Source: a virus
Taxonomy: Duplodnaviria > Heunggongvirae > Uroviricota > Caudoviricetes
Length of the DNA stretch: 7,898 bases
Strand: one strand, 5' to 3'
Virus record (IMG/VR): IMGVR_UViG_2734482004_000005
A program made the translations under genes and the position numbers. Position 1 is the first letter of the stretch. Each line of letters starts with the position of its first letter. Positions 1 through 7,183 of this stretch are shown here, piece by piece. Below the pieces are notes generated by a model. The model was not told where the DNA came from and did not search any database. It saw only the letters and a list, made by a program, of their open reading frames with translations.

Positions 1-328
1 CATTTCTGACGCCCTGGCAGCGCAGGTTGGTGCTATCGGTATCGCCCCTGGCGCAAACATCGGTGACGAATGCGCCCTGTTTGAAGCCACCCACGGTACT
101 GCGCCGAAATATGCCGGACAGGACAAAGTAAACCCAGGCTCTATTATTCTCTCCGCTGAGATGATGCTGCGCCATATGGGTTGGACTGAAGCGGCTGACC
201 TGATTGTTAAAGGTATGGAAGGCGCAATCAATGCCAAGACCGTAACCTATGACTTCGAACGTCTGATGGAAGGCGCTAAACTGCTGAAATGTTCAGAGTT
301 TGGTGACGCGATCATCAAGAATATGTAA
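1..328 (+). CDS. icd: Isocitrate dehydrogenase, C-terminal ~109 codons (5' end outside window); frame begins at nt 2, stop TAA 326-328
   Basis: Translation in frame 2 gives ...[108 protein letters not shown], which I recognise as the E. coli Icd C-terminus. Not in the ORF track because it has no ATG in the window. Confidence 0.9.
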   Translation, partial: ISDALAAQVGAIGIAPGANIGDECALFEATHGTAPKYAGQDKVNPGSIILSAEMMLRHMGWTEAADLIVKGMEGAINAKTVTYDFERLMEGAKLLKCSEFGDAIIKNM

Positions 329-351
329 TCACTACATGTGTTAAATATTGA

Positions 352-380
352 AACGGGCGTATAACACGCCCGTTGTTTTA
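352..380 (+). terminator. Rho-independent terminator of icd: 9-bp stem (352-360 / 366-374), 5-nt loop, then GTTTTA
   Basis: Perfect inverted repeat AACGGGCGT / ACGCCCGTT 24 nt after the icd stop, followed by a T-rich tract. Confidence 0.6.
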
Positions 381-395
381 TGATGATGTAAAATC

Positions 396-431
396 TTCCC
401 CAAAACTTTCCCCAAAACCCTTCCCCAAAAC
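396..431. repeat. Three direct copies of TTCCCCAAAAC (396-406, 408-418, 421-431) between the icd terminator and the int stop; candidate arm-type integrase binding sites
   Basis: Exact 11-nt repeat three times at 12-13 nt spacing, ending 11 nt from the int stop codon (442-444). The arrangement is analogous to the three direct P' arm sites that lie between the core and the int 3' end in lambda attP. Function is inferred. Confidence 0.4.
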
Positions 432-441
432 TGGCTATTTT

Positions 442-1584
442 CTATGCTGTTTTGATATCTACGATAATCCAGTCTTTACCACGATCATCATTGTATCGGT
501 CGGTCATTTTTCTGGATTTATGGCCTAACAACTTTTGCGTATCCAGACCCTGTTCCCGATATAACCGTTCTGACAGAGATCGCTGCTCATGAAATGTGGG
601 CGCAGTTCCTTGCTCCCATTTTATGCCACATTTTTCCCGGGCCTTTTTAAAAGCCGTTGTCAGAGTATTCGCAGAAACCTGGTCTCCTCTGTTTGCTTGA
701 GAGGTAGTGTGACGGTAATGGACCAGATATTTACTAACAACAGCATCCCTGCACTGAGATATAACTTCACGAAGGGTAATATTCAGAGCATCGCATTTCA
801 GGTTAAGCGGAATAGCAAGTTTTGAACCGGTTTTTTCCTGAGTAATGTGCAACATGTCGTCCCATATATCAGAGAATTTCAAATTGCAGATATCGCCTAA
901 ACGTTGTCCAGTAACAAGAGCAAGTAGCATGCCGCATTTTAAATAGGGCTGCCGTCTGCTTACGCTGTCAAATATTGCCTGCCATTCGGGCAGTGACAAT
1001 CTTTGGCGGTTTACTCGATTTCGCGGTTGTTTTGTTGCCTGCGCTGGGTTAAATCCTGGCGGAACATGTCCTGCGTGTTGTGCTTCTTTGAAGACGTCGA
1101 TCAACACCATTCTCACGACTTGCGCCATCCTGTTATGACCTTCAGCCTTTACAGCATCAATTATTTCGGCAATATCAAGTGCGGTAATATCCTTGAGGTG
1201 TTGCATTCCACAATGCTCACGGAAAAGACGAATGGGTTTGCCTTTTTGCCGATAGGAGTTGGGTCTTAGTTCATTATGTTGCAGCCTGTCCTCTTGGATA
1301 GAAATATATTTATCAAGCCATTCTGTCACCGTAATGTCTGAGCGCCTGCCTTTCATTCTTTCCAGACGCTCATTGACGCTTAATATTTGTCTGGTACGTT
1401 GTTCAGCAATAATGGTATTTGCTTCAGTAGCAACTTGTTTTGCTTCATTCTCATCAGTTCCTAAGCTATGAAAACGACCGGATAGTGGATGTTTGTATTG
1501 CCAATATACCTTTCCGGTTCGCTTATCTAATTTGCAATATAAATTGGGTATAGAGATTTTGTGAGATCGGGGTCTAGCAGCCAT
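442..1584 (-). CDS. int: Tyrosine-family site-specific integrase (lambda Int family, icd-targeting phage 21/e14 type)
   Basis: 380-aa ORF with lambda-Int-like motifs VTGQRLGDICNLKFSDI, TFHEQRSLSERLY and C-terminal LGHKSRKMTDRYNDDRGKDW (H-x-x-R ... Y catalytic region). It sits directly beside the icd 3' end and its start overlaps the xis stop by 11 nt. Confidence 0.93.
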   Translation of the reverse strand: MAARPRSHKISIPNLYCKLDKRTGKVYWQYKHPLSGRFHSLGTDENEAKQVATEANTIIAEQRTRQILSVNERLERMKGRRSDITVTEWLDKYISIQEDRLQHNELRPNSYRQKGKPIRLFREHCGMQHLKDITALDIAEIIDAVKAEGHNRMAQVVRMVLIDVFKEAQHAGHVPPGFNPAQATKQPRNRVNRQRLSLPEWQAIFDSVSRRQPYLKCGMLLALVTGQRLGDICNLKFSDIWDDMLHITQEKTGSKLAIPLNLKCDALNITLREVISQCRDAVVSKYLVHYRHTTSQANRGDQVSANTLTTAFKKAREKCGIKWEQGTAPTFHEQRSLSERLYREQGLDTQKLLGHKSRKMTDRYNDDRGKDWIIVDIKTA

Positions 1585-1810
1585 CAGCGATTATCCTTTG
1601 GAGTTTTGGGTTTGCGTTTATTGGGAGTTGCGGTTCTGCAAGCGTTCCTACAAAACGGGAATTTCGGTCAATCATCCAGTAGCGACCAACTTTTATAGCG
1701 GGTGGGGCCATCATTTTCCCTTGCGCGTATTTTTTCAGAACTCGCTCACTTGGTGCTAAGTCCCCAAATTCTTCTTTAGCCCAGTCCTGTAAAGTGATTA
1801 GTCGAGACAT
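1574..1810 (-). CDS. xis: Excisionase (Xis-like winged-helix protein)
   Basis: 78-aa ORF immediately upstream of and overlapping int. N-terminal LITLQDWAKEE...PPAIKVGRYWMI follows the lambda Xis pattern (LTLQEW...PPPVKDGREY). Strong SD (GAGGAGG) ahead of the ATG at 1810. Confidence 0.8.
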   Translation of the reverse strand: MSRLITLQDWAKEEFGDLAPSERVLKKYAQGKMMAPPAIKVGRYWMIDRNSRFVGTLAEPQLPINANPKLQRIIADGC

Positions 1811-1949
1811 TTGTCCTCCTCTTAGCTGCTGAGGGAGTTTGTGACCGATATATCTGACATGATATTAAGCTCATGGCAGGTACATCTCTTGACTGGTCAT
1901 AGAGATAAATTTAATGCTGAGAAATGCAGTATTGAATTTATCAATTTTT

Positions 1950-2189
1950 CTATTTCCTGCGCATGTCACGTAACTTCTTAATGTGTTCTGCCGTTTCGAT
2001 CTCTTCTGCTATCCGATCTGCATCAGCTTTATTCACAGGTTCAAAGTCATGATTAAAGCGGAACATGCTGGCGATACATGTTCTGCCTTTTCGGATGTAG
2101 TGAACTTTGTTGTGGGTAGAACGCAGGATTTTGCAGGGAGTGCCGTGGTGGTCGACGTACCAGGTGTTAGGGTCAATCACTCTGAACAT
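1950..2189 (-). CDS. Hypothetical protein, 79 aa; probably the C-terminal part of an ea22-like gene now in a different frame from the upstream ORF
   Basis: ORF track. Occupies the position lambda ea22 holds between xis and the small exo-xis ORFs. Overlaps the upstream 109-aa ORF by 17 nt in another frame; the two together total about 182 aa, which is the lambda Ea22 length as I recall it. Confidence 0.45.
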   Translation of the reverse strand: MFRVIDPNTWYVDHHGTPCKILRSTHNKVHYIRKGRTCIASMFRFNHDFEPVNKADADRIAEEIETAEHIKKLRDMRRK

Positions 2190-2502
2190 TCTTGACCTTG
2201 TGTTGTGCGGATTGATATTCAGTGCTGATATTCACCTTTATAGCGAACACCTTTACCGGTTTATCGCCAAAGTGCGGATGTGTGATTGTCTTCACGTCAT
2301 ATCCGTCATACGGAACATCAATTCTGCGACTGGAATCGTCGCGCTTCGGATATCCCTTTGTGATAATCAGGCGGTCATATTCCCGGAACATAATTCGCTT
2401 ATTCCAGTAGTCATTACACAAGCGATACTCTTCCGTTTTCTCTCCGCGAATCATGGCATCGAAGTATTCACTTTTAACAGCAAGTTGCAGGTTAGCCATC
2501 AC
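2173..2502 (-). CDS. Hypothetical protein, 109 aa; probably the N-terminal part of an ea22-like gene. Weak motif-level resemblance to ASCH/PUA-like domains (YFDAMIRGEKTEEYR)
   Basis: ORF track. Start overlaps the stop of the upstream orf73-like gene by 4 nt (ATGA-type coupling). The ASCH-like G-x-K-T-x-E-x-R motif is a by-eye impression only. Confidence 0.45.
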   Translation of the reverse strand: MMANLQLAVKSEYFDAMIRGEKTEEYRLCNDYWNKRIMFREYDRLIITKGYPKRDDSSRRIDVPYDGYDVKTITHPHFGDKPVKVFAIKVNISTEYQSAQHKVKNVQSD

Positions 2503-2720
2503 TTAATCCCCCTTTGTTTGCGGATAAGCTCCAGATCTTGCTGGCAACTGGCGCAAGTCCGACAACCCTGAACGGCCAGGCGTCTTCGTTCATCTATCGG
2601 ATCGCCACACTCACAACAATGAGTGGCAGATACAGCCAGGTAGTTCAGGCGGCGCATTTTTATTGCTGTGTTGCGCTGTAATTCTTCTATTTCTGATGCT
2701 GAATCAATGATGTCTGCCAT
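2499..2720 (-). CDS. orf73: DksA/TraR-family C4 zinc-finger protein (lambda orf73-like)
   Basis: 73-aa ORF with CCECGDPIDERRRLAVQGCRTCASCQ, i.e. C-x2-C-G-x-P-I-x4-R ... C-x2-C-Q, matching the TraR/DksA zinc-finger signature. Same length and position as lambda orf73 in the exo-xis region. Confidence 0.8.
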   Translation of the reverse strand: MADIIDSASEIEELQRNTAIKMRRLNYLAVSATHCCECGDPIDERRRLAVQGCRTCASCQQDLELIRKQRGIK

Positions 2721-2773
2721 CTTTCATTAATCCCTGAACTGTTGGTTAATACGCTTGAGGGTGAATGCGAACA

Positions 2774-2797
2774 ATAAAAAAGGAGCCTGTAGCTCCC
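2774..2797 (-). terminator. Candidate weak intrinsic terminator on the minus strand (stem GGAGC/GCTCC, then TTTTTTAT in the transcript)
   Basis: 5-bp GC-rich inverted repeat at 2782-2786 / 2792-2796; the plus-strand A-run 2776-2781 becomes a U-run after the hairpin on the minus-strand RNA. Short stem, so low confidence. Confidence 0.3.
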
Positions 2798-2913
2798 TGA
2801 TAATTTTGCTTTTCATGTTCATCGTTCCTTAAAGACGCCGTTTAACATGCCGATTGCCAGGCTTAAATGAGTCGGTGTGAATCCCTTCAGCGTTACCGTT
2901 TCGCGGTGCTTCT

Positions 2914-3096
2914 TCAGTACGCTACGGCAAATGTCATTGACGTTTTTGGAAACTGCTGTCTGACTTTTTTGATTTCAGAATTAGCCTGACGGGCAATGCT
3001 GCGAAGGGCGTTTTCTTGCTGAGGTGTCACTGAACAAGCCCCATGTCGGCAAGCATAAGCACACAGAATATGAAGCCCGCTGCCAGAAAAATGCAT
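2914..3096 (-). CDS. orf61: Small exo-xis region protein (orf61-like), 60 aa
   Basis: ORF track; position matches lambda orf61 between orf63 and orf73. An in-frame ATG at 3126 is followed by a TGA at 3097-3099 directly before this start, so the exact start is uncertain. Confidence 0.5.
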   Translation of the reverse strand: MHFSGSGLHILCAYACRHGACSVTPQQENALRSIARQANSEIKKVRQQFPKTSMTFAVAY

Positions 3097-3106
3097 TCAG
3101 TGGTTG

Positions 3107-3298
3107 TCATACCTGGTCTCTCTCATCTGCTTCTGCTTTCGCCACCATCATTTCCAGCTTTTGTGAAAGGGATGTGGCTAACGTATGAAATTCTTCGTCT
3201 GTTTCTGCTGGTATTGGCACAAACCTGACTCCAATTTGAGCAAGGCTATGTGCCAAATCAATACTCGTTCTTAACTCAACAGGAGATGCTTTGTGCAT
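3107..3298 (-). CDS. orf63: Small exo-xis region protein (orf63-like), 63 aa
   Basis: ORF track; size, position and overlap with the downstream orf60a-like gene match lambda orf63. Confidence 0.7.
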   Translation of the reverse strand: MHKASPVELRTSIDLAHSLAQIGVRFVPIPAETDEEFHTLATSLSQKLEMMVAKAEADERDQV

Positions 3299-3453
3299 AC
3301 CGCCCCCCGTTTATTATTTATCTCCTCAGCCAGCCGCTGGGCTTTCAGCGGATTTCGGATAACAGAAAGACCGTGAAATACCCAGCCTCGCTTTGTAACG
3401 GAGTAGACGAAAGTGATCGCGCCTACCCGGATATTATCGTGAGGATGGGTCAT
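3271..3453 (-). CDS. orf60a: Small exo-xis region protein (orf60a-like), 60 aa from the second Met
   Basis: The ORF-track entry is 62 aa from the first ATG; starting at the second Met (3453) gives 60 aa, [24 protein letters not shown]..., and a 4-nt ATGA overlap with the exo start, as in lambda. Confidence 0.75.
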   Translation of the reverse strand: MTHPHDNIRVGAITFVYSVTKRGWVFHGLSVIRNPLKAQRLAEEINNKRGAVCTKHLLLS

Positions 3454-4130
3454 CGCCATTGCTCTCCAAATACAAAACCAATTTCAGCCAGTGCTTCGTC
3501 CATTTTTTCGATGAACTCCGGCACCATCTCGTCAAAACTCGCCATGTACTTTTCATCCCGCTCAACCACGACATAATGCAGGCCTTCACGCTTCATTCGT
3601 GGGTCATAGTTGGCAAAGTACCAGGCATCTTTTCGTGTCACCCACATGCTGTACTGCACCTGGGCCATGTAAGCCGACTTTATGGCCTCGAAACCACCGA
3701 GCCGGAACTTCATGAAATCCCGGGAGGTAAACGGGCATTTCAGCTCAAGGCCATTGCCGTCACTGCATAAACCATCGGGAGAGCAGGCGGTGCGCATACT
3801 TTCGTCGCGATAGATGATCGGGGATTCAGTAACATTCACGCCGGAAGTGAATTCAAACAGGGTTCTGGCGTCGTTCTCGTACTGTTTTCCCCACGCCAGC
3901 GCCTTAGCATTAACTTCCGGAGCCACACCGGTGCAAACCTCAGCCAGCAGGGTGTGGAAGTAGGACATTTTCATGTCAGGCCACTTCTTTCCTGAGCGGG
4001 GCTTTGCTATCACGTTGTGAACTTCTGAAGCGGTGATGACGCCGAGCCGTAATTTGTGCCATGCATCATCCCCCTGTTCGACAGCTCTCACGTCGATCCC
4101 GGTACGCTGCAGGATAATGTCCGGTGTCAT
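3450..4130 (-). CDS. exo: Lambda exonuclease (Red-alpha, 5'-3' dsDNA exonuclease)
   Basis: 226-aa [68 protein letters not shown]..., recognised as lambda Exo (near-identical by memory). Stop overlaps the bet start (ATGA). Confidence 0.96.
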   Translation of the reverse strand: MTPDIILQRTGIDVRAVEQGDDAWHKLRLGVITASEVHNVIAKPRSGKKWPDMKMSYFHTLLAEVCTGVAPEVNAKALAWGKQYENDARTLFEFTSGVNVTESPIIYRDESMRTACSPDGLCSDGNGLELKCPFTSRDFMKFRLGGFEAIKSAYMAQVQYSMWVTRKDAWYFANYDPRMKREGLHYVVVERDEKYMASFDEMVPEFIEKMDEALAEIGFVFGEQWR

Positions 4131-4857
4131 GCTGCCACCTTCTGCTCAGTGGCTTTCTGTTTCAGGAATCCAAGAGCTTTCACTGCTTCGGCCTGTGTCA
4201 GTTCTGACGATGCGCGAATGTCGCGGCGAAATATCTGGGAACAGAGCGGCAATAAGTCGTCATCCCATGTTTTGTCCAGGGCAATCAGCAGAGTGTTAAT
4301 CTCCTGCATGGTTTCATCGTTAACCGGAGTGATGTCGCGTTCCGGCTGACGTTCTGCAGTGTATGCGGTATTTTCGACAATGCGCTCGGCTTCATCCTTG
4401 TCATAGATACCAGCAAATCCGAAGGCCAGACGGGCACACTGAATCATGGCTTTATGCCGTAACATCCGTTTGGGATGCGACTGCCACGGCCCCGTGATTT
4501 CTCTGCCTTCGCGGGTTTTGAATGGTTCGCGGCGGCATTCATCCATCCACTCGGTAACGCAGATCGGATGATTGCGGTCTTTGCGGTAAATCCGGCATGT
4601 ACATGATTCATTGTCCTGCTCAAAGTCCATACNNNNNNNNNNNNNNNNTGCTTATCAGGGAAGGCGTAAATTTCTTTCGTCCACGGATTAAGGCCGTACT
4701 GGTTGGCGACGATCAACAATGCGATGAACTGCGCATCGCTGGCATCACCTTTAAATGCCGTCTGGCGAAGAGTGGTGATCAGTTCCTGTGGGTCGACAGA
4801 ATCCATGCCGACACGTTCAGCCAGCTTCCCTGCCAGCGTTGCGAGTGCTGTACTCAT
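4127..4857 (-). CDS. bet: Red-beta single-strand annealing protein, interrupted by a 16-nt N run (4623-4638) that breaks the frame
   Basis: N-terminal [72 protein letters not shown]... and C-terminal [37 protein letters not shown]...ATEQKVAA are both recognised as lambda Bet. The two halves are in different frames across the N run, so the masked segment is not length-preserving. Confidence 0.92.
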
Positions 4858-4862
4858 CCGTT

Positions 4863-5159
4863 TTATACCTCTGAATCAATATCAGCCTGATGGTGAGCAA
4901 TGGTTTCAACTATGTACCGGATGTGTTCTGCCATGCGCTCCTGAAACTCAACATCGTCATCAAACGCACGGGTAATGGCTTTTTTGCTGGCCCCGTGGCG
5001 TTGTAAATGATCGATGCATAGCGATTCAAACAGGTGCTGGGGCAGGCCTTTTTCCATGTCGTCTGCCAGTTCTGCCTCTTTCTCTTCACGGGCGATCTGC
5101 TGGTAGTGACGCGCCCAGCTCTGAGCCTCAAGACGATCCTGAATGTAATAAGCGTTCAT
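4863..5159 (-). CDS. gam: Gam, RecBCD inhibitor (short GamS form, 98 aa)
   Basis: [60 protein letters not shown]... is recognised as lambda Gam from its internal Met. SD CAGGAG lies 7 nt upstream. The GamL-type N-terminal extension (ATG at 5280) is in a different frame here. Confidence 0.9.
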   Translation of the reverse strand: MNAYYIQDRLEAQSWARHYQQIAREEKEAELADDMEKGLPQHLFESLCIDHLQRHGASKKAITRAFDDDVEFQERMAEHIRYIVETIAHHQADIDSEV

Positions 5160-5234
5160 GGCTGAACTCCTGAAAATGGCTGTGAAAATATCGCCCGCGA
5201 AATGCCAGGCTGATTAGGAAAACAGGAAAGGGGG

Positions 5235-5378
5235 TTAGTGAATGCTTTTGCTTGATCTCAGTTTCAGTATTAATATCCATTTTTTATAAGCGTCGACGGC
5301 CTCACGAAACATCTTTTCATCGCCAATAAAAGTGGCGATAGTGAATTTAGTCTGGATAGCCATAATTGTTTGATCCAT
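5235..5378 (-). CDS. kil: Kil (host cell-division inhibitor), 47 aa
   Basis: [47 protein letters not shown], read from the internal Met of ORF 5235..5504; position between cIII and gam and the overlaps with both match lambda. Confidence 0.8.
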   Translation of the reverse strand: MDQTIMAIQTKFTIATFIGDEKMFREAVDAYKKWILILKLRSSKSIH

Positions 5379-5511
5379 TTTTTGGGACTCCTGGCTGATT
5401 AAGTATGTCGATAAGGCGTTTCCATCCGTCACGTAATTTACGGGTGATTCGTTCAAGTAAAGATTCGGAAGGGCAGCCAGCAACAGGCCACCCTGCAATG
5501 GCATATTGCAT
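5347..5511 (-). CDS. cIII: CIII (FtsH inhibitor that stabilises CII), 54 aa
   Basis: Manual translation from the ATG at 5511: [54 protein letters not shown], recognised as lambda CIII. Below the ORF-track length cutoff. SD AAGGAG upstream. Confidence 0.9.
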   Translation of the reverse strand: MQYAIAGWPVAGCPSESLLERITRKLRDGWKRLIDILNQPGVPKNGSNNYGYPD

Positions 5512-5533
5512 GGTGTGCTCCTTATTTATACAT

Positions 5534-5558
5534 AACGAAAAACGCCTCGAGTGAAGCG
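5534..5558 (-). terminator. Candidate intrinsic terminator on the minus strand between ea10 and cIII (tL-type, presumably N-antiterminated)
   Basis: Hairpin CGCTTC-ACTC-GAGGCG (one G-U pair) followed by UUUUUCGUU on the minus-strand transcript. Confidence 0.4.
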
Positions 5559-5583
5559 TAATTGGTATGCGGTAACGCCGCGC

Positions 5584-5952
5584 TCAGGCGGCCTTGATAG
5601 TCATATCATCTGAATCAAATATTCCTGATGTATCGATATCGGTAATTCTTATTCCTTCACTACCATCCATTGGAGGCCATCCTTCCTGACCATTTCCATC
5701 ATTCCAGTCGAACTCACACACAACACCATATGCATTTAAGTCGCTTGAAATTGCTATAAGCAGAGCATGTTGCGCCAGCATGATTAATACAGCATTTAAT
5801 ACAGAGCCGTGTTTATTGAGTCGGTATTCAGAGTCTGACCAGAAATTATTAATCTGGTGAAGTTTTTCCTCTGTCATTACGTCATGGTCAATTTCAATTT
5901 CTATTGATGCTTTCCAGTCGTAATCAATGATGTATTTTTTGATGTTTGACAT
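5584..5952 (-). CDS. ea10: Ea10 (early-left protein, reported ssDNA-binding), 122 aa
   Basis: ORF of the same length and position as lambda ea10; the 72-nt gap to cIII matches my recollection of lambda. Confidence 0.8.
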   Translation of the reverse strand: MSNIKKYIIDYDWKASIEIEIDHDVMTEEKLHQINNFWSDSEYRLNKHGSVLNAVLIMLAQHALLIAISSDLNAYGVVCEFDWNDGNGQEGWPPMDGSEGIRITDIDTSGIFDSDDMTIKAA

Positions 5953-5971
5953 CTATTCATATCCTCATAGA

Positions 5972-5998
5972 TAAAAAATCGCCCTCACACTGGAGGGC
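5972..5998 (-). terminator. Candidate intrinsic terminator on the minus strand upstream of ea10
   Basis: 6-bp GC-rich stem GCCCTC/GAGGGC (5981-5986 / 5993-5998) with a 6-nt loop, followed on the minus-strand RNA by GAUUUUUUAU. Confidence 0.45.
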
Positions 5999-6171
5999 AA
6001 AGAAGATTTCCAATAATCAGAACAAGTCGGCTCCTGTTTAGTTACGAGCGACATTGCTCCGTGTATTCACTCGTTGGAATGAATACACAGTGCAGTGTTT
6101 ATTCNNNNNNNNNNNNNNNNNNNNNNNNNNNNNNNNNNNNNNNNNNNNNNNNNNNNNNNNNNNNNNNNNNN

Positions 6172-6372
6172 NNNNNNNNNNNNNNNNNNNNNNNNNCCAA
6201 GTTCTCTGGCAATCATTGCCGTCGTTCGTATTGCCCATTTATCGACATATTTCCCATCTTCCATTACAGGAAACATTTCTTCAGGCTTAACCATGCATTC
6301 CGATTGCAGCTTGCATCCATTGCATCGTTTGAATTGTCCACACCATTGATTTGTATCAATAGTCGTAGTCAT
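6172..6372 (-). CDS. ral: Ral (restriction alleviation protein); 3' end lies inside the N-masked run 6105-6196, so the stop position is inferred
   Basis: Visible N-terminal 58 residues MTTTIDTNQWCGQFKRCNGCKLQSECMVKPEEMFPVMEDGKYVDKWAIRTTAMIAREL are recognised as lambda Ral. End coordinate assumes the 66-aa lambda length. Confidence 0.75.
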
Positions 6373-6442
6373 ACGGATAGTCCTGGTATTGTTCCATCAC
6401 ATCTTGAGGATGCTCTTCGAACTCTTCAAATTCTTCTTCCAT
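6356..6442 (-). CDS. orf28: Small acidic ORF (lambda orf28-like), 28 aa
   Basis: Manual translation MEEEFEEFEEHPQDVMEQYQDYPYDYDY*; overlaps the ral start by 17 nt, as I recall for lambda orf28. Confidence 0.55.
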   Translation of the reverse strand: MEEEFEEFEEHPQDVMEQYQDYPYDYDY

Positions 6443-6585
6443 ATATCACCTTAAATAGTGGATTGCGGTAGTAAAGATTGTGCCTGTCTTTTAACCACAT
6501 CAGGCTCGGTGGTTCTCGTGTACCCCTACAACGAGAAATCGGATAAACTCTATTCACCCCTACAGAGAGCAAAAGAGAAACGCCG

Positions 6586-7167
6586 ATGAACAACTCATGG
6601 TGGCAGGAACTAATGCATTTTTTCCTGCAAGGAATGACACTTAAACAGTTGATTCATATGCTAATCATCCTGATCATATTGATTATTGTTATGCCGGTAA
6701 GCGTAAAAGAATGGATAAACCTGCATAATCCAGAAATCCTTCCTCATTACTGGATGTATTACATCCTGTTGTTTTGCGTTAGCTATGTGCTTAACGGCGT
6801 TGTTAATTCCGCTTATCACGCTGTGACTGAAAGAATTGAGGTATTCGCTGCTCAGAAGCGCAAATCTAAAGAAGAAAAATATGTGCAAGATTTGTTTGAT
6901 TCGTTAACTCTTGGAGAAAGAGCGTATTTGGCATTCGCTGTAGCCGCTAATAACCAGCTACAAACGGAAAAGGGCGCTCATGAATCAATTTCATTGCTCA
7001 AAAAAGGACTCCTCGTTCGAAGGCCTCCTGCTGTTGGATATCCTGATACCGACCGTTTCGTTATCCCTGAAAGCTATAGACATGAGTGCTACATTAGGTT
7101 TGCCGGGAAGGCAGACAGCCTTATGGATGAACTTATCGCTCAGGATAAGCATGGCAAAAACAAGTAA
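6586..7167 (+). CDS. sieB: SieB superinfection-exclusion protein (membrane protein), 193 aa
   Basis: Only long plus-strand ORF in the operon. N-terminal hydrophobic segment LIHMLIILIILIIVMPV and overall sequence are recognised as lambda SieB. Convergent with the N-like gene, 16 nt between stops. Confidence 0.82.
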   Translation: MNNSWWQELMHFFLQGMTLKQLIHMLIILIILIIVMPVSVKEWINLHNPEILPHYWMYYILLFCVSYVLNGVVNSAYHAVTERIEVFAAQKRKSKEEKYVQDLFDSLTLGERAYLAFAVAANNQLQTEKGAHESISLLKKGLLVRRPPAVGYPDTDRFVIPESYRHECYIRFAGKADSLMDELIAQDKHGKNK

Positions 7168-7183
7168 TTAGCAAATGAATTTA

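Noticed and set aside
589-1471. Plus-strand ORFs 589..825, 1003..1269 and 1259..1471 inside int
   Set aside because: Antisense to a well-supported integrase gene, with no SD and unconvincing composition; shadow ORFs.
1859-1978. 39-codon plus-strand ORF in the xis/ea22 spacer
   Set aside because: No SD; more likely a non-coding junction or regulatory spacer.
1983-2571. Plus-strand ORFs 1983..2195, 2107..2571 and 2222..2410
   Set aside because: Antisense to the ea22-like and orf73-like genes in a tightly packed minus-strand operon; no ribosome-binding sites seen.
3043-3770. Plus-strand ORFs 3043..3228, 3250..3576 and 3459..3770
   Set aside because: Antisense to orf61/orf63/orf60a/exo, whose products are recognisable; shadow ORFs.
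4033-4975. Plus-strand ORFs 4033..4299, 4056..4349, 4597..4890, 4703..4975 and minus-strand 4910..5131
   Set aside because: Overlap exo, bet and gam in other frames or antisense; two include translated N runs; the true genes are unambiguous.
6038-6471. ORFs containing long X runs (6038..6238, 6054..6290, 6061..6471, 6095..6349)
   Set aside because: Artefacts of translating through the 92-nt N run; the real genes here are ral and orf28 on the minus strand.
6661-7171. ORFs 6661..6888 (minus) and 6980..7171 (plus) within sieB
   Set aside because: Alternative-frame or antisense ORFs inside a recognisable sieB gene; the AT-rich hydrophobic-coding region produces spurious open frames.
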